From assembly GCA_963753595.1 (NCBI GenBank), contig CAVWCX010000037.1, forward strand, positions 1 through 64,000: a stretch of DNA of 64,000 bases, read 5' to 3'. This document shows, piece by piece, positions 61,695-64,000 of this stretch (the first letter of the stretch is position 1; the number at the start of each line of letters is the position of its first letter). The DNA comes from Candidatus Methanoperedenaceae archaeon. GTDB taxonomy: Archaea; Halobacteriota; Methanosarcinia; Methanosarcinales; Methanoperedenaceae. The notes under the pieces are model-generated. The model was not told the origin of the DNA. It saw only the letters and a program-made list of their open reading frames with translations, and did no database searches. Both the position numbers and the translations under genes were made by a program.

Positions 61695-61700
61695 ATTTTG

Positions 61701-63419
61701 CTATTTGTTTATTTTCTCCAATAATTCCAGGATACGTTGGCTACCTTTCATTTTATCCTGAAGAATTTTCATATTCCCTTCATTTGAACATTGTTCTTTA
61801 AGTTGACTGAGGTCATTGATCGGGATATCTCTGATTTTATTTGTGTCTTCCACTCTCCAGCCTGGAATCATTAATTTTTTCAGGTCTATATGCAAGCTCA
61901 ATATAACTTGAAATTCATCCTCAGTCTTGCAAATTTCATTCAATTTTTTTAAATCTTCTAGAGAAAGGAGCTTGAAGTCTTCTGATTTTGCAAGTTCTTT
62001 TGCTTTAATTTGTTTTTGTTTAAATATATTTGAAATTTTCGTATTTTCAGTAGATACTTCCATTTTCCAATCAATTGAATCAATATCAACATTTGCAAAA
62101 TCTTTTATTGAATAGACCTTAGCTTTATCGACTAGCAACTTCAATTCGGATGGGGTCAAACTTAAAATTTCTTTTAATCTATTTATTTCATCATGTTGCT
62201 CTTTAGCTTTTTCAACAATATAGCAGAAATACTCTTTGGTTATCCAGTCTGGATTTTTCAATAGTTCAAAATCAGCGACTTTAAGTTGTTCCACTGATTT
62301 TATATTTTTAATATACAATTCAAAAGCGCTATCTTCCTCGACATCAAGTCGGCTCACAAGCTCGAGTTTTTCAATTTTATATTTTTCTCTCTCCTTGAAT
62401 TCTTTCACCAGATCATCAGGTAATAACCCCTGAACGGATTTATATAACCTCTCTTCAATAGTTTTGGTAAACATGCCAGTGAAAAAGGAAAATAAAAGGA
62501 CAAACCATTGATTTTTTATCTGGGCTGCATCAAGTAAAACATAAGTTCCTAAAATGGCAATATAAGGAGCAATAGTAATTCTTCGAATATATCCCCAGAT
62601 GATTTTTTTCTTTAAGTGTTTGGGTAATGCCTGACTAAAAATTTCCTCAATGCTCAATAACAAATAAGACAGGATGCCTATTAATGCAGCAATTGGAATG
62701 TATACGGAAAAGCGAAGGCTATCAGAGAATAAAATAAATTCTTTTCCATTGTAAAGCAAATAATAAAGTACAGTGGGCCATGCCAATAAGGATAAAACAA
62801 TTAAAGAATCTCGTGCATTCTTTTCTAAAGAGGGAGGATTTATAATTACAAGTGCCAGATATACAATCAAGGCTATAATAATTAACCAAAAAAGGCCGAG
62901 TAAATAAAAAATTAATGCGCTGACCAGTATTAATATTAAAAAATATTTCTCTTCCTTTTCTGATCTATTGGAACTAAATCTATTGTTATAAAACCGAATG
63001 GACCAGTTAATAAATATTAGAAATCCAATCACTCCTGGAATTAAAATAGGCAAAAATCCCGTGTCTTTTTGGTTTTTTAGTGGATTTAAAGTAAATTTTA
63101 GTTTATAATCAAGAATATCTGGTGAAATAGTTATGTTCTTCGATAATGGTTCATAGTTTTCAGCCGTAATCTTGAAAGTATATGTCTGATTTTGTTCACC
63201 TTGAAAAGTTGCTGTCCCGTTTTCATTTGTATAAAAATATGAACTTGAGGCATTAGAGGCATTAAAGAATAAAACCTCTATTGTTGCTTCTTTGACCGGC
63301 AAATTATTAGTGCCGTTCACTTCGATCTGAATTGTGGTGCTGGTAATTCCATAAGAGGGCTGAATGAATGAAGAGAATAAAATTAAAAAAACCAAGCCGA
63401 CATTAAACCACCATCTCAT
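61701..63419 (-). CDS. AT-rich multi-domain membrane protein (secreted beta-sandwich, multi-TM, cytoplasmic helical repeats)
   Basis: Signal peptide; carboxypeptidase-regulatory-like segment (TNENG..YTFKITAENY); about 6 TM; IKSVEQL/VYSIKDF HhH-like repeats. Confidence 0.7.
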   Translation of the reverse strand: MRWWFNVGLVFLILFSSFIQPSYGITSTTIQIEVNGTNNLPVKEATIEVLFFNASNASSSYFYTNENGTATFQGEQNQTYTFKITAENYEPLSKNITISPDILDYKLKFTLNPLKNQKDTGFLPILIPGVIGFLIFINWSIRFYNNRFSSNRSEKEEKYFLILILVSALIFYLLGLFWLIIIALIVYLALVIINPPSLEKNARDSLIVLSLLAWPTVLYYLLYNGKEFILFSDSLRFSVYIPIAALIGILSYLLLSIEEIFSQALPKHLKKKIIWGYIRRITIAPYIAILGTYVLLDAAQIKNQWFVLLFSFFTGMFTKTIEERLYKSVQGLLPDDLVKEFKEREKYKIEKLELVSRLDVEEDSAFELYIKNIKSVEQLKVADFELLKNPDWITKEYFCYIVEKAKEQHDEINRLKEILSLTPSELKLLVDKAKVYSIKDFANVDIDSIDWKMEVSTENTKISNIFKQKQIKAKELAKSEDFKLLSLEDLKKLNEICKTEDEFQVILSLHIDLKKLMIPGWRVEDTNKIRDIPINDLSQLKEQCSNEGNMKILQDKMKGSQRILELLEKINK

Positions 63420-63495
63420 GATAATTACTTTCTAAATAATCGTATTTAAAGTTATCGACTATTTAAAAAAATGTACACAAAAAATAATTCACTTA

Positions 63496-63570
63496 TAGCG
63501 GGGAATGGATTCGAACCATTGATCTACGGGTTATGAGCCCGTCGGGATATCCTGACTACCCTACCCCGCT
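63496..63570 (-). tRNA. Initiator tRNA-Met (CAT)
   Basis: AGCGGGG..GGGCTCATAACCC..GGTTCGAATCC..CCCCGCTA; A1:U72 pair and three G-C pairs in the anticodon stem. Confidence 0.95.
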
Positions 63571-63775
63571 CTGGAGTAAAAATAGTATCTCCTCATAGTT
63601 GACGATGAAAGATAAAGTCTTCGGTATGGGATTGCTGATTTTATATGTTTAACAATTATTATGCGTGAGTGATTTACCTTAGTGATTACATGTTAACAAA
63701 AGGATTAATAGAATAAAACTCTCTTTTATCTGTTCCACAACAAAGTAATTCAAGAAAAAAACATCAGGTAATCAC

Positions 63776-64000
63776 ATGGAAAAAGACATCATAAAAGGCA
63801 TAAAGAAAAACGTATTCGTGCTAGGCCTTGTGAGTTTTTTCACGGATATCAGCAGCGAGATGCTGTATCCAATTATCCCCATATTTCTCACTACAGTCCT
63901 TGCCGCGCCAATGTCAGTAGTAGGAGTGATCGAGGGCATTGCGGAAAGTACGGCAAGTATTCTGAAAGTGGTGTCAGGCTGGCTGTCAGATAGATCGGGA
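63776..64000 (+). CDS. MFS transporter (5' partial)
   Basis: VSFFTDISSEMLYP..VGVIEGIAE..SGWLSDR. Confidence 0.85.
   Translation, partial: MEKDIIKGIKKNVFVLGLVSFFTDISSEMLYPIIPIFLTTVLAAPMSVVGVIEGIAESTASILKVVSGWLSDRSG

Noticed and set aside
266-62433. Numerous short antisense or nested ORFs in the six-frame track
   Set aside because: They are shadows of well-supported genes on the opposite strand or frame

Overview
Archaeal chromosomal segment of a Methanosarcinales-type organism (fae, mfnA, cdc6 with ORB boxes, archaeal RNase P RNA, initiator tRNA). The c-type cytochromes and NO reductase make Ca. Methanoperedens (ANME-2d) the best guess; this is inference. Most of the window is housekeeping: oriC/cdc6, hisS, secDF, Sec61beta, moaA, rfcL, serA, aroE, tyrA, pfdB, pcc1, trmI. 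The accessory or unusual parts are: (i) a cytochrome c-type NO reductase operon (di-heme cytochrome c, norC, norB, M24-like hydrolase) with three +1 frameshifts; (ii) an ~8 kb decaying integrative element at ~10.2-18.3 kb with a tyrosine integrase, an orphan tRNA-Thr 3'-end core flanked on both sides by arm-like repeats (attP-like), a divergent switch, an uncalled micro-ORF operon, a primase-less SF3 helicase with an inverted-iteron origin written into its C-terminal codons, and cargo genes broken by stops; (iii) a complete IS1634-like element with a TTTAAA target duplication; (iv) GNAT and HicAB toxin-antitoxin loci; (v) a BlaI/BlaR1-like/HtpX operon with a pair of palindromic operators; (vi) candidate structured RNAs, small Cys-rich peptides and an in-frame amber codon. 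Scattered single-base indels suggest some of the frameshifts are assembly errors. No rRNA gene or CRISPR array was seen.
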